This document shows positions 1 through 6,872 of a DNA stretch of 22,117 bases, piece by piece; the stretch's first letter is position 1, and every line of letters starts with the position of its first letter. Source of the stretch: Bdellovibrionota bacterium (GTDB lineage: Bacteria; Bdellovibrionota_C; UBA2361; JBIKWN01); contig JBIKWN010000039.1 in NCBI GenBank assembly GCA_044356295.1, positions 1-22,117 on the forward strand, read 5' to 3'. The position numbers and the translations under genes were made by a program. The notes beneath the pieces were generated by a model. That model did not search any database. It was given only the letters and a program-made list of their open reading frames with translations, and was not told where the DNA came from.

Positions 1-124
1 TAAAAAGTACTTACCTTTTTATAATCAAGAAAGAATTCATTCTAGTATCGGATACTTATCTCCGGTTCAATTTGAAGCCAATTTGTGTTAACTTTTACCT
101 GTCAACAAAAGTGGGTGAAGATCC
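1..124 (+). mobile_element. Right end of an IS3-family insertion sequence, terminal inverted repeat at ~100-124
   Basis: The transposase stop is followed by TGTCAACAAAAGTGGGTGAAGATCC. Its reverse complement (GGATCTTCACCCACTTTTGTTGACA) resembles IS3-type IRs (TGATC...CC....TGxACA). The terminus is CC rather than the usual CA. Confidence 0.75.
2..91 (+). CDS. IS3-family transposase OrfB, C-terminal 29 aa (partial; 5' part outside window)
   Basis: Frame +2 reads KKYLPFYNQERIHSSIGYLSPVQFEANLC*, matching the YNxxRxHSxIGYxSPxxFE C-terminal motif of IS3/IS150 transposases. Too short to be in the ORF track. Confidence 0.85.
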   Translation, partial: KKYLPFYNQERIHSSIGYLSPVQFEANLC

Positions 125-195
125 TTTCAGGCCTTTAAGTCCTGTGGTTGCTTAAGATCTCGTTTGGCCTGAAACTTTTGATTCAAACGTTATCT
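125..195 (+). other. attC site 1, left arm missing (replaced by the IS end)
   Basis: TTTCAGGCC...GGCCTGAAACTTTTGATT-CAAAC-GTTATCT is near-identical to the right two-thirds of the attC at 792-884. R' GTT is at 189. Confidence 0.85.
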
Positions 196-207
196 GCCAA
201 ATTTAAC

Positions 208-236
208 TTGCAGCCTGTATATTACCATAATATACT
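208..236 (+). promoter_or_regulatory. Sigma70-type promoter of TA cassette 1 with overlapping palindromic operator
   Basis: -35 TTGCAG (208-213), 17-bp spacer, -10 TATACT (231-236). Inverted repeat GTATATT-N5-AATATAC (217-235). Confidence 0.7.
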
Positions 237-242
237 CATTCT

Positions 243-533
243 GTGTCTAAGAAATTACTCAATAGCAAAGAGTTTGATTGGGACAGCGGTAATCTAGAAA
301 AGAACTGGCTCAAGCACGGCGTTTCTCCACTAGAATGCGAACAAGTCTTTTTTAATCAACCCCTTATTGCTCCCGACGTTAAACACTCGCAAAGTGAGGA
401 GCGGTTTTTTGCATTGGGCCGATCGGATCTAGATCGATATTTATTTCTCTCATTTACGATGAGAGGTCAAAAGATTCGAATCATTTCGGCACGAGATATG
501 AGTCGTAAGGAGAGAAAAATATATGGCGCGTAA
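243..533 (+). CDS. brnT: BrnT-family (DUF497) ribonuclease toxin
   Basis: FDWDxxNxxKNxxKHG, EERFxALG and RIISAR motifs; overlaps the downstream antitoxin gene. Confidence 0.9.
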   Translation: MSKKLLNSKEFDWDSGNLEKNWLKHGVSPLECEQVFFNQPLIAPDVKHSQSEERFFALGRSDLDRYLFLSFTMRGQKIRIISARDMSRKERKIYGA

Positions 534-828
534 ACCAATTCCTAAATTTAAATCAGAATCACAAGAACAAGATTTTTGGGCAAAGCATGACTCAACTGAC
601 TATATTGATTGGTCACAGGGAAAGGTAACAGTATTTCCTGAGTTAAAACCATCGACCGAAACAATTTCACTAAGACTGCCCAAATCACTTCTTGAAGCAT
701 TAAAAATGATTGCTAATAAGCGAGACGTTCCATATCAATCATTATTGAAGATCTTCCTATCAGAAAGGATTGATGAAGAGTTTGGTGCGGCAGGTAACAA
801 AAGAATCCAAAAGATTTCAGGCCGTTAA
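523..828 (+). CDS. brnA: BrnA/CopG-family ribbon-helix-helix antitoxin
   Basis: IPKFKSExQExxFWxxHD N-terminus and TISLRLPxxLLExLKxxAxKxxVPYQSLLK RHH C-terminus; directly downstream of brnT. Confidence 0.85.
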   Translation: MARKPIPKFKSESQEQDFWAKHDSTDYIDWSQGKVTVFPELKPSTETISLRLPKSLLEALKMIANKRDVPYQSLLKIFLSERIDEEFGAAGNKRIQKISGR

Positions 829-884
829 TTTAATCGTTGATTAAGAATCCGTTTGGCCTGAAACTTCTGATTCAAACGTTATCC
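792..884 (+). other. attC site 2 (complete, 93 bp)
   Basis: R'' AGGTAAC, 5-nt spacer, AATC[C]AAAAG[A]TTTCAGGCC ... GGCCTGAAACTTCTGATT, 5-nt spacer, R' GTTATCC. The unpaired C and A give the extrahelical G and T on the bottom strand typical of attC. Confidence 0.9.
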
Positions 885-887
885 ACT

Positions 888-1166
888 TTATGCGGCAATT
901 TTTTTCTTTAATGCTGTAAGCTCTTTTTCTATTTTTTCAATTCGAGACTGTGCCACAGCACCAGCTATTAAACTCTCACTCAAACTTTTATTGATCAGTC
1001 GATGATAGGGAACACCTGTATCTTCTGCAATAGCTTTAAATCCAGATAATGTGGCTGCGTCAATATTGATAGTAATTTTAACACTCTTTTGATTTGCCAT
1101 AGCCTTACGGATTTTATTTGTCTCAGTAAGATCAATTTTAAGATTACTTAACTTTGGCTTTTTCAT
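888..1166 (-). CDS. BrnA-like/CopG RHH antitoxin
   Basis: VKITINIDxxTLxxFKxxAxxTGVPYxRLINxxL RHH motif; downstream of and overlapping the full-length BrnT frame. Confidence 0.8.
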   Translation of the reverse strand: MKKPKLSNLKIDLTETNKIRKAMANQKSVKITINIDAATLSGFKAIAEDTGVPYHRLINKSLSESLIAGAVAQSRIEKIEKELTALKKKIAA

Positions 1167-1425
1167 TATATATTTTCCTGTATTCTCTCCACTCTACAGA
1201 CCCTATGATTCGAATCTAATCAGAGCATTTAGTAAATCTAGTTGTAAGTACCTTTCCTGAAGAAATTTTTCCTATCCAATAGAAGCGTTCTTCAGATTTT
1301 GAATGTTTTTCATCGATCATAAGAAAACCATTTGGATCGGAGAATAATTCTACAACTTCTAAGAAGGTTATCTTATGCTTTCGCATATTTTCCTTCTCTT
1401 TAGAGCCGTCCCATTCAAATTCCAT
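1144..1425 (-). pseudogene. brnT: BrnT-family toxin with an in-frame nonsense codon (TAG at 1216-1218)
   Basis: MEFEWDxxKxxxNxxKH and EERFxxIG motifs. After the TAG the same frame continues IRIIGSVEWREYRKIYNEKAKVK* to TAA at 1144-1146, restoring a ~93-aa BrnT. Confidence 0.85.
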
Positions 1426-1447
1426 ATTATCAAACTACCATATTGAT

Positions 1448-1465
1448 ATGTATGAAACCATACAT
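1448..1465 (-). promoter_or_regulatory. Palindromic operator upstream of TA cassette 2
   Basis: ATGTATG-AAAC-CATACAT lies 22 bp upstream of the toxin ATG; its GTAT/ATAC half-sites resemble the cassette 1 operator. Confidence 0.6.
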
Positions 1466-1488
1466 TTAATTTTGTTAGTAGATTCAGT

Positions 1489-1583
1489 GGATAACAACAG
1501 GAGCGAAAATATTTAAGCCTACTTAGCCTTTTGACTTGATTAAGATTTGTTTGGGCCTAAACTTTTCATACATAAAGTTAATG
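1489..1583 (+). other. attC site 3 (degenerate)
   Basis: R'' GGATAAC: AGTGGATAAC is the exact complement of GTTATCCACT at 878-887. Arms GAAAAT[A]TTTAAGCC / GGCCTAAACTTTTC, the TTGATTAAG core shared with attC2, and R'-like GTTAATG at 1577. Confidence 0.65.
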
Positions 1584-1589
1584 ACATTA

Positions 1590-1845
1590 CTGCAAGCCCC
1601 TTGACCCGGAGCAATAAACGTAAAGCACTCAATAAGTGCTAACGAAAAAAAACCAAAAATTTCCAAAAAAATCAGCAGGGGTGAAGCAGCGACCAGCTGC
1701 GAGGGGCTGCAAGCCCCTTGACCCAGAGCAATAAACGTAAAGCACTCAAGAAGTGCTAACGAAAAAAAACCAAAAATTTCCAAAAAAATCAGCAGGGGTG
1801 AAGCAGCGACCAGCTGCGAGGGGCTGCAAGCCCCTGACCCGGAGC
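1590..1845. repeat. 117-bp tandem repeat (about 2.2 copies; units start at 1590, 1707, 1824) with GC-rich hairpins
   Basis: Units are nearly identical. They contain AGGGGC-TGCAA-GCCCCT, GCAGC-GACCA-GCTGC and AGCACT-N5-AGTGCT palindromes plus long A tracts. Confidence 0.9.
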
Positions 1846-1865
1846 GGTTAGCGCGAAAAAACGTG

Positions 1866-1938
1866 CTCCCCGGGACGGACTCGAACCGCCGACAAGGTGG
1901 TTAACAGCCACCTGCTCTACCAACTGAGCTACCGGGGA
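1866..1938 (-). tRNA. tRNA-Asn (anticodon GTT), CCA not encoded
   Basis: TCCCCGG acceptor stem, TAGCTCAGTTGGTAGAGC D arm, GGTGG-CTGTTAA-CCACC anticodon arm, GTTCGAG T loop, discriminator G followed by CAC. Confidence 0.97.
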
Positions 1939-1950
1939 ATAGGGATTAAG

Positions 1951-1979
1951 ATGATTCCTTTTTTAGAAAAAGAAGTCAA
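1951..1979 (-). promoter_or_regulatory. Putative promoter of tRNA-Asn
   Basis: -35 TTGACT, 17-bp spacer, weak -10 AATCAT. Confidence 0.4.
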
Positions 1980-1999
1980 CGTAAGAGAGTAATAATTGC

Positions 2000-2605
2000 T
2001 TACCCTGAAATAACATTTCGGCCTAAAATCGCACGCGACAGGGTCACATCATCTGCATATTCAAGCTCTCCGCCTTTCGGGATACCTTGAGCAGGACGAG
2101 AACTTCTAACGCCAATTTCAGCCAACTGACGGGCTAAATACATCGCAGTAGCATCACCTTCAACGGTACTACTCGTTGCGATAATGACCTCTTTTATGAC
2201 GCCTGTTTTAGCTCGAGCCATGAGTTCTTTAGCTTTTATTGATTCTGGACCCTGTCCACGAAGTGGCGCCCAAAGTCCATGAAGGACATGAAAAACCCCT
2301 CTATAATCGCCACTTCTTTCAAGTGCAATAAGGTCTGTTGGTTTTTCTACAACACAAAGAAGGCTTTTATCACGTGTTGGATCTAAGCAAACTGGGCATT
2401 TGGGATTATCAGAAAGAAAAAAACATTCTTCACAATATTTCACTTCATTTGCAGCAACCAGTAATGCTTGCGATAAACTTTTCGCAACAGCTCTATCCCC
2501 ATTGATTAAAAAATAGGCAAGACGAGTTGCTGATTTTTCTCCAACTGATGGTAGTTTCGAGAGTTCTCGAATCAATTTTTGAATTGATTGTGGCAGTGAG
2601 AGCAT
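2000..2605 (-). CDS. recR: Recombination protein RecR
   Basis: HhH LPSVGEKSATRLA, C4 zinc finger, Toprim CVVE...EGDATA, GGELEYADxxTL. Confidence 0.97.
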   Translation of the reverse strand: MLSLPQSIQKLIRELSKLPSVGEKSATRLAYFLINGDRAVAKSLSQALLVAANEVKYCEECFFLSDNPKCPVCLDPTRDKSLLCVVEKPTDLIALERSGDYRGVFHVLHGLWAPLRGQGPESIKAKELMARAKTGVIKEVIIATSSTVEGDATAMYLARQLAEIGVRSSRPAQGIPKGGELEYADDVTLSRAILGRNVISG

Positions 2606-2628
2606 TGGGTCGTGAGTTAAGAATTAAT

Positions 2629-2958
2629 TTAAAATAACCCTGGAATCGACATTCCGCCAGTAACCTTTGCGATCTCTGCTTGCACTTGGTCTCGCGCGTT
2701 TTTCAGTGCACCATTTACAGTCGATACAATCATTTGCTCAAGTACTTCACGATCGTTTGGATCGATAACTTCTGGTGAAATACTCAATGAGAGAACTTCC
2801 CCTTTTCCATTAGCAACAGCTTTAATAGCACCGCCACCACTTTGAAATTCTGCTTCAATTTTCTCGCTACTTTCTTGAGCTTTTTGCAGATCTGTCTGCA
2901 TCTTTTGAGCTTGCTTCATAAGTGCTTGAATATTGCCGCCGCCTGGAAATCCTTTCAT
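2629..2958 (-). CDS. ybaB: YbaB/EbfC nucleoid-associated protein
   Basis: MKQAQKMQ, SGGGAIK and DPNDREVLE motifs; conserved position between dnaX and recR. Confidence 0.95.
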   Translation of the reverse strand: MKGFPGGGNIQALMKQAQKMQTDLQKAQESSEKIEAEFQSGGGAIKAVANGKGEVLSLSISPEVIDPNDREVLEQMIVSTVNGALKNARDQVQAEIAKVTGGMSIPGLF

Positions 2959-2991
2959 ATATTCTCTCTAATACAAAATAAATATTTATTT

Positions 2992-4680
2992 TTAATTTTT
3001 AACCTCTATTTTTGATCCAGGAAAAAGATTTTGAATAGCCTGAATTGAAGGTGAGTTCAAAATAGTTTCATTTTTTACCTGGTTCTGCTCTTTCAGTTTG
3101 GAGTCATTTCTCTCTTGCATACTTCCTGCAACAGAACCTTCAACTGATTCTTCTGCTAATTCAAGACGAATTTTCCATGATGGATGAGGCTGGTACATAT
3201 TAAGAAGAGTCATAAGTTTATCTTGATTCTCTTTCTTCTCTAAATAGCTTTTTGAGAACGTTGTACCGATCAGCACTAACTCTCCTGAATGAAATACTTT
3301 GGGTTGAACTCTTTTGAGTTGTTCTGCAAGCATTTTAGCAGAGCGTTGAACGAGTTTTACAAAATCAAACCATGATCCTGGATGTGCTTCATGTAATTTT
3401 ATGCCCTTCGTTGTTGGCATTTGAATGCTTGCTTGAGGCTTCGGAGGAGTAGCGGGATCCGTATTATTGCTCACAGGAGTTGATGCAACCTGAGCACTGG
3501 TTTTGGCTGATACGGAAGACGTGCGGTCCGTGCTTACTTTTGCGCTACCTTGCAACAACTGAGAAACCTCAACTACAGAACTTCTTGTTGCAAGTCGAAC
3601 AATTAAGCTCTCTAAAGAAAACTTTGGAAACGCGCTCCGAAGCGTTTCATCTGCGCCCTGTCTTACGAGGTAGCAAAGGTCTTGTAGTTCAAGAGGATCA
3701 ACCGAGTTGCTTTGTTGTAATAGCTCAGTGATTTTAGCTTCCCCTATTCCAAGAGATTCAAGGAACGAACGTCCAGCTGTTTTTGCAAGTAACAGCTCAC
3801 GGAAGTGTGACACCATATCTCTGGTCAACGTCGTAATATCGTTTCCGTTTTTAATTAACATATCAAAAAGAGATAGTGCTTCTTTTGAATTTTTTGCAAA
3901 AATCGCACGGGAAAGTGCACTCAACGCAATGCTATCAGCGGATCCAAATAATGTACTCGCATCTTTGGTCGTAACTTTTTTCTCATGTGCAAATAAGAGA
4001 AGCCTTTCTAATGCTGTTTCGGCATCTCTTAAGGACCCTTCCGCAACTCGAGCAACCAACGAAACAGCCTCTGGCTCAATCAAGACTCCTTCTTTCTCGC
4101 AGATGGAAGTCAACGTTTCTTCAATCGTAGCAGCTGGAAGAGCTCTTAGATCATGTTGCTGACAACGAGACAGAACTGTTTCTGGGATTTTATGTACTTC
4201 TGTTGTTGCAAGAATAAAAACAGTATTTGGAGGTGGCTCTTCAAGACTTTTTAAAAGTGCATTAAATGCAGCAGTACTGAGCATATGCACTTCATCTATA
4301 ATATATATTTTATACCGAGATCCAGGTGCAGGGAGGGTTCGGAAGTTCTCAATAAGCTCGCGTACATTATCAACGCTATTATTAGAAGCACCATCAATTT
4401 CACGAACAGCAAGACTCGTTCCTTGTGCAATCTCTTTGCAATTAGAACATTCAAGGCACGGTGTTAAGGTCGGCTTACTATCAGATGAACAGTTTAAGCA
4501 TTTAGAAAAAATTCGAGCGATTGAAGTTTTTCCAACACCACGAGGTCCAGTCAAAAGTAGTGCGTGAGATATCTTACCTCGAGTTATGCTATTTTTGAGA
4601 GTTTTAGTAACGTGTTCTTGCCCTGCCACAGTTTCAAAGGCAAGAGGTCTATATTTTCTGGCAATAACTAAGTGAGACAT
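2992..4680 (-). CDS. dnaX: DNA polymerase III subunit gamma/tau
   Basis: ARKYRP, Walker A GPRGVGKT, zinc-binding Cys cluster, IDEVHML, SRC motif. Confidence 0.97.
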   Translation of the reverse strand: MSHLVIARKYRPLAFETVAGQEHVTKTLKNSITRGKISHALLLTGPRGVGKTSIARIFSKCLNCSSDSKPTLTPCLECSNCKEIAQGTSLAVREIDGASNNSVDNVRELIENFRTLPAPGSRYKIYIIDEVHMLSTAAFNALLKSLEEPPPNTVFILATTEVHKIPETVLSRCQQHDLRALPAATIEETLTSICEKEGVLIEPEAVSLVARVAEGSLRDAETALERLLLFAHEKKVTTKDASTLFGSADSIALSALSRAIFAKNSKEALSLFDMLIKNGNDITTLTRDMVSHFRELLLAKTAGRSFLESLGIGEAKITELLQQSNSVDPLELQDLCYLVRQGADETLRSAFPKFSLESLIVRLATRSSVVEVSQLLQGSAKVSTDRTSSVSAKTSAQVASTPVSNNTDPATPPKPQASIQMPTTKGIKLHEAHPGSWFDFVKLVQRSAKMLAEQLKRVQPKVFHSGELVLIGTTFSKSYLEKKENQDKLMTLLNMYQPHPSWKIRLELAEESVEGSVAGSMQERNDSKLKEQNQVKNETILNSPSIQAIQNLFPGSKIEVKN

Positions 4681-4702
4681 TAAAAAACTGCTCTGAATAA
4701 AA

Positions 4703-4798
4703 CGCGGTCAGTGGTGCATCACAGAAAGAAATCACTACAGCTGCTTTCTTCCGAACCTGACTGGGTTTGCAACACTTCCTCGCGCATCTCCAACCGCG
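4703..4798 (-). ncRNA. ffs: Signal recognition particle small RNA (4.5S)
   Basis: Minus strand CGCGGTTGG...CAGTCAGGTTCGGAAGAAAGCAGCTG...CTGACCGCG forms a long hairpin with the SRP helix-8 GGAA tetraloop motif; usual position upstream of dnaX. Confidence 0.92.
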
Positions 4799-4804
4799 AG
4801 ATTG

Positions 4805-4832
4805 ATTCTACTCGCTTCATATATTGATGCAA
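4805..4832 (-). promoter_or_regulatory. Putative ffs-dnaX promoter
   Basis: -35 TTGCAT, 16-bp spacer, -10 TAGAAT, ending 6 nt before the SRP RNA 5' end. Confidence 0.6.
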
Positions 4833-5168
4833 TTTACATCATAAAAATCTGTAGCAATATGCATCAAAATAGTTTTCAACTAACAAATTATCAAATATTT
4901 TCAATTGGTTATGTCCACCAGTAACTGGCAAGCTTTGTGCTCCGTTGAGAGAGATGACATCACTACGTTCAACTCAACTTCGTACAAAGCACATTATTTT
5001 ACTAGCTCAAAGAAACTGCTCGAAAGCATTAACTATGCTTTCACTGCAAGAAGATTTCCCAATTATGTATAAGGAAAAAATTGTTTCTCAAATACAAGAT
5101 GGAAGAATCAACGAATTTTCCAAAAAAAGAGTCGTACCATTTTTAGGAGGAGAAAGAGTATTTAAGTC

Positions 5169-6872
5169 TCAAATATCGAGGCCAAGATCTTTGCGAATCG
5201 CAAGTATTCGTTCGTAGGTCTCTTTAAAATGAATAAATTGATCATTATCACCTTGACCTGAATTAATCACGTCAGGATGTATATCTTTCATTTTGTTTCG
5301 AAATGTTGCTTTGATATCCTTCAGTGATGCAGCAGCAGGCAATCCCAATTCATGCATTGCTGTTACATATTCAAAGGGAAACCCACTATGTTCCCCTTTA
5401 ACGCCGCGAGCGGTTACAAAAACAGGTCGTGATTGAGGTTCATCAGTTTCTTCTTGTTGCGCTTTGAGCAATTCTTTTTTCGCTTTTTGCGCAACTAACC
5501 ATTTCCGAAACAGAAGCGACGCTATTAAAACTGTAAGGCAAGAACCTAAGAAAGCAACTATTTTAAAAAGATTACCTCTTATACGAGAAAAAGAGATGAG
5601 TACTCGATCAATAATACCGAAGGAAGAAACTTGTGAAAGGTATTGCTCAGCAGTTTTATTATCTCTTTGTGAATAGAGATCTCTAACAATTTCAATACGA
5701 AGCTGATCGTTTAAACTATTTGGATCAGGTCGTATAATACTTAGTAATGTAAAAAATATTTCTGATGAATGAAAATCAGTTTTATTGAAACGAATTGCAG
5801 CTTCAAGAAAACTAATTGCATCTTCTCTTATTACTGGATCTTTATCGCTTATAAAGGAAAGATAATCCTTAACAACTCTTTCTTGCAATACAGTTGAAGA
5901 GGCGAAGGAAAGTTTTCGAATGCTTTCAGAAGTGAGTTGATGAATGTGTGGCGTTCTTTTACTCCAATCAAGTTGTGACAATAATAATAAACCTTGCTCA
6001 CCATCGCCTGAAATAATTAACTTTTCAATTTTTGTCAGCACCGCATCATTAAAAAGTGGACCGAAATACTTTTTAATAGACTCATCTTGGTTTGCAATAT
6101 CAGTAAGGGTAATCGCATAGTCAGCAGTTTCAGGAAGTGACTCTAGCTTTACAAACAAAGAATGAAAGGTTTTAACCTCTGGATCATCTTGTCCAAAAAG
6201 TTCTGATTGAACAATTTGTAATTGCCGCGCCCTCAATACGTCTTTATCTTTAATAAGGGCATAGATATCGTCTCTGAGTAAAGTGCGAATTGCTTGATTA
6301 TAAGTAACGACAGACGAACCATAACGATCCTTAACCCATGGTATATCTTTTTCAGCAATTTTCGTTATAAGCCTCGCAATAAATATTGGGGCAGCATTTC
6401 CTTTCAAAGTATATTCAAGGGCCTCTTTCAAAAAAGATACAGTATTAGAATCTTGAAGAGGGAGTTCCTTAACACCATTTAATACTGTTGGAGAGCTTAC
6501 GTCAGAAAAAGAGATAATACTTTGAAAAGCAATCATTGCCGAGGGAACGTCATGAGCAATAAGTGCTTTTTTAATAAATACAAGCACTCCGTCGGTAGGC
6601 AGCACTTCAAAACTTGTGCGATTGGAAAAAAATTCTCTTGCAACAGTTGATGCAACTCTGGTTTCTATAATAAGCTGATCGCTTCCTCTGATATTAACTA
6701 AAGCCTGACCGCCTCCTGTGCTTTGATAATTTAAAACAGGAAACGAAAGACCATAGAGTTCTACCGTTCTAGGTTCAGCAGAAACAATCAAACATCTCGT
6801 GAAAAATAAGAAAGATATAAAAAGGAAGCTATTAAGGATTAAGAATTTATACTTTTGGAGGAATTGCTGCAT
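5169..6872 (-). CDS. Exported or membrane protein with C-terminal J-domain (DnaJ-like co-chaperone)
   Basis: N-terminal hydrophobic signal-like segment, long helical region, TM helix (LFKIVAFLG...LLF), then LGL...SLKDIKATFRxxMKxIHPD...FxxFKETYERI J-domain. ATG at 6872 preferred over the GTG at 6932. Confidence 0.8.
   Translation of the reverse strand: MQQFLQKYKFLILNSFLFISFLFFTRCLIVSAEPRTVELYGLSFPVLNYQSTGGGQALVNIRGSDQLIIETRVASTVAREFFSNRTSFEVLPTDGVLVFIKKALIAHDVPSAMIAFQSIISFSDVSSPTVLNGVKELPLQDSNTVSFLKEALEYTLKGNAAPIFIARLITKIAEKDIPWVKDRYGSSVVTYNQAIRTLLRDDIYALIKDKDVLRARQLQIVQSELFGQDDPEVKTFHSLFVKLESLPETADYAITLTDIANQDESIKKYFGPLFNDAVLTKIEKLIISGDGEQGLLLLSQLDWSKRTPHIHQLTSESIRKLSFASSTVLQERVVKDYLSFISDKDPVIREDAISFLEAAIRFNKTDFHSSEIFFTLLSIIRPDPNSLNDQLRIEIVRDLYSQRDNKTAEQYLSQVSSFGIIDRVLISFSRIRGNLFKIVAFLGSCLTVLIASLLFRKWLVAQKAKKELLKAQQEETDEPQSRPVFVTARGVKGEHSGFPFEYVTAMHELGLPAAASLKDIKATFRNKMKDIHPDVINSGQGDNDQFIHFKETYERILAIRKDLGLDI

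Noticed and set aside
879..887. DnaA-box-like TTATCCACT and its complement at 1486-1494
   Set aside because: Fully explained as the R'/R'' ends of cassette 2; there is no box cluster or other origin context.
1523..1783. 86-aa ORF with an internal repeat
   Set aside because: It is the translation of the 117-bp tandem repeat and attC3 (117 is divisible by 3), with no RBS or recognisable motif.
125..1845. CRISPR array interpretation of the repeats
   Set aside because: The repeats are 93-117 bp and either flank whole genes or are contiguous without unique spacers. No cas genes are present.
3974..3984. AAAAAAG in dnaX as a -1 frameshift site producing gamma
   Set aside because: It is in the wrong codon phase (AAA AAA G) and too early (aa ~235) to yield a functional gamma subunit. 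No properly placed slippery site was seen.
4945..5217. 90-aa plus-strand ORF
   Set aside because: TTG start without RBS, no motif, and a convergent overlap with the J-domain gene; not supportable as a gene.
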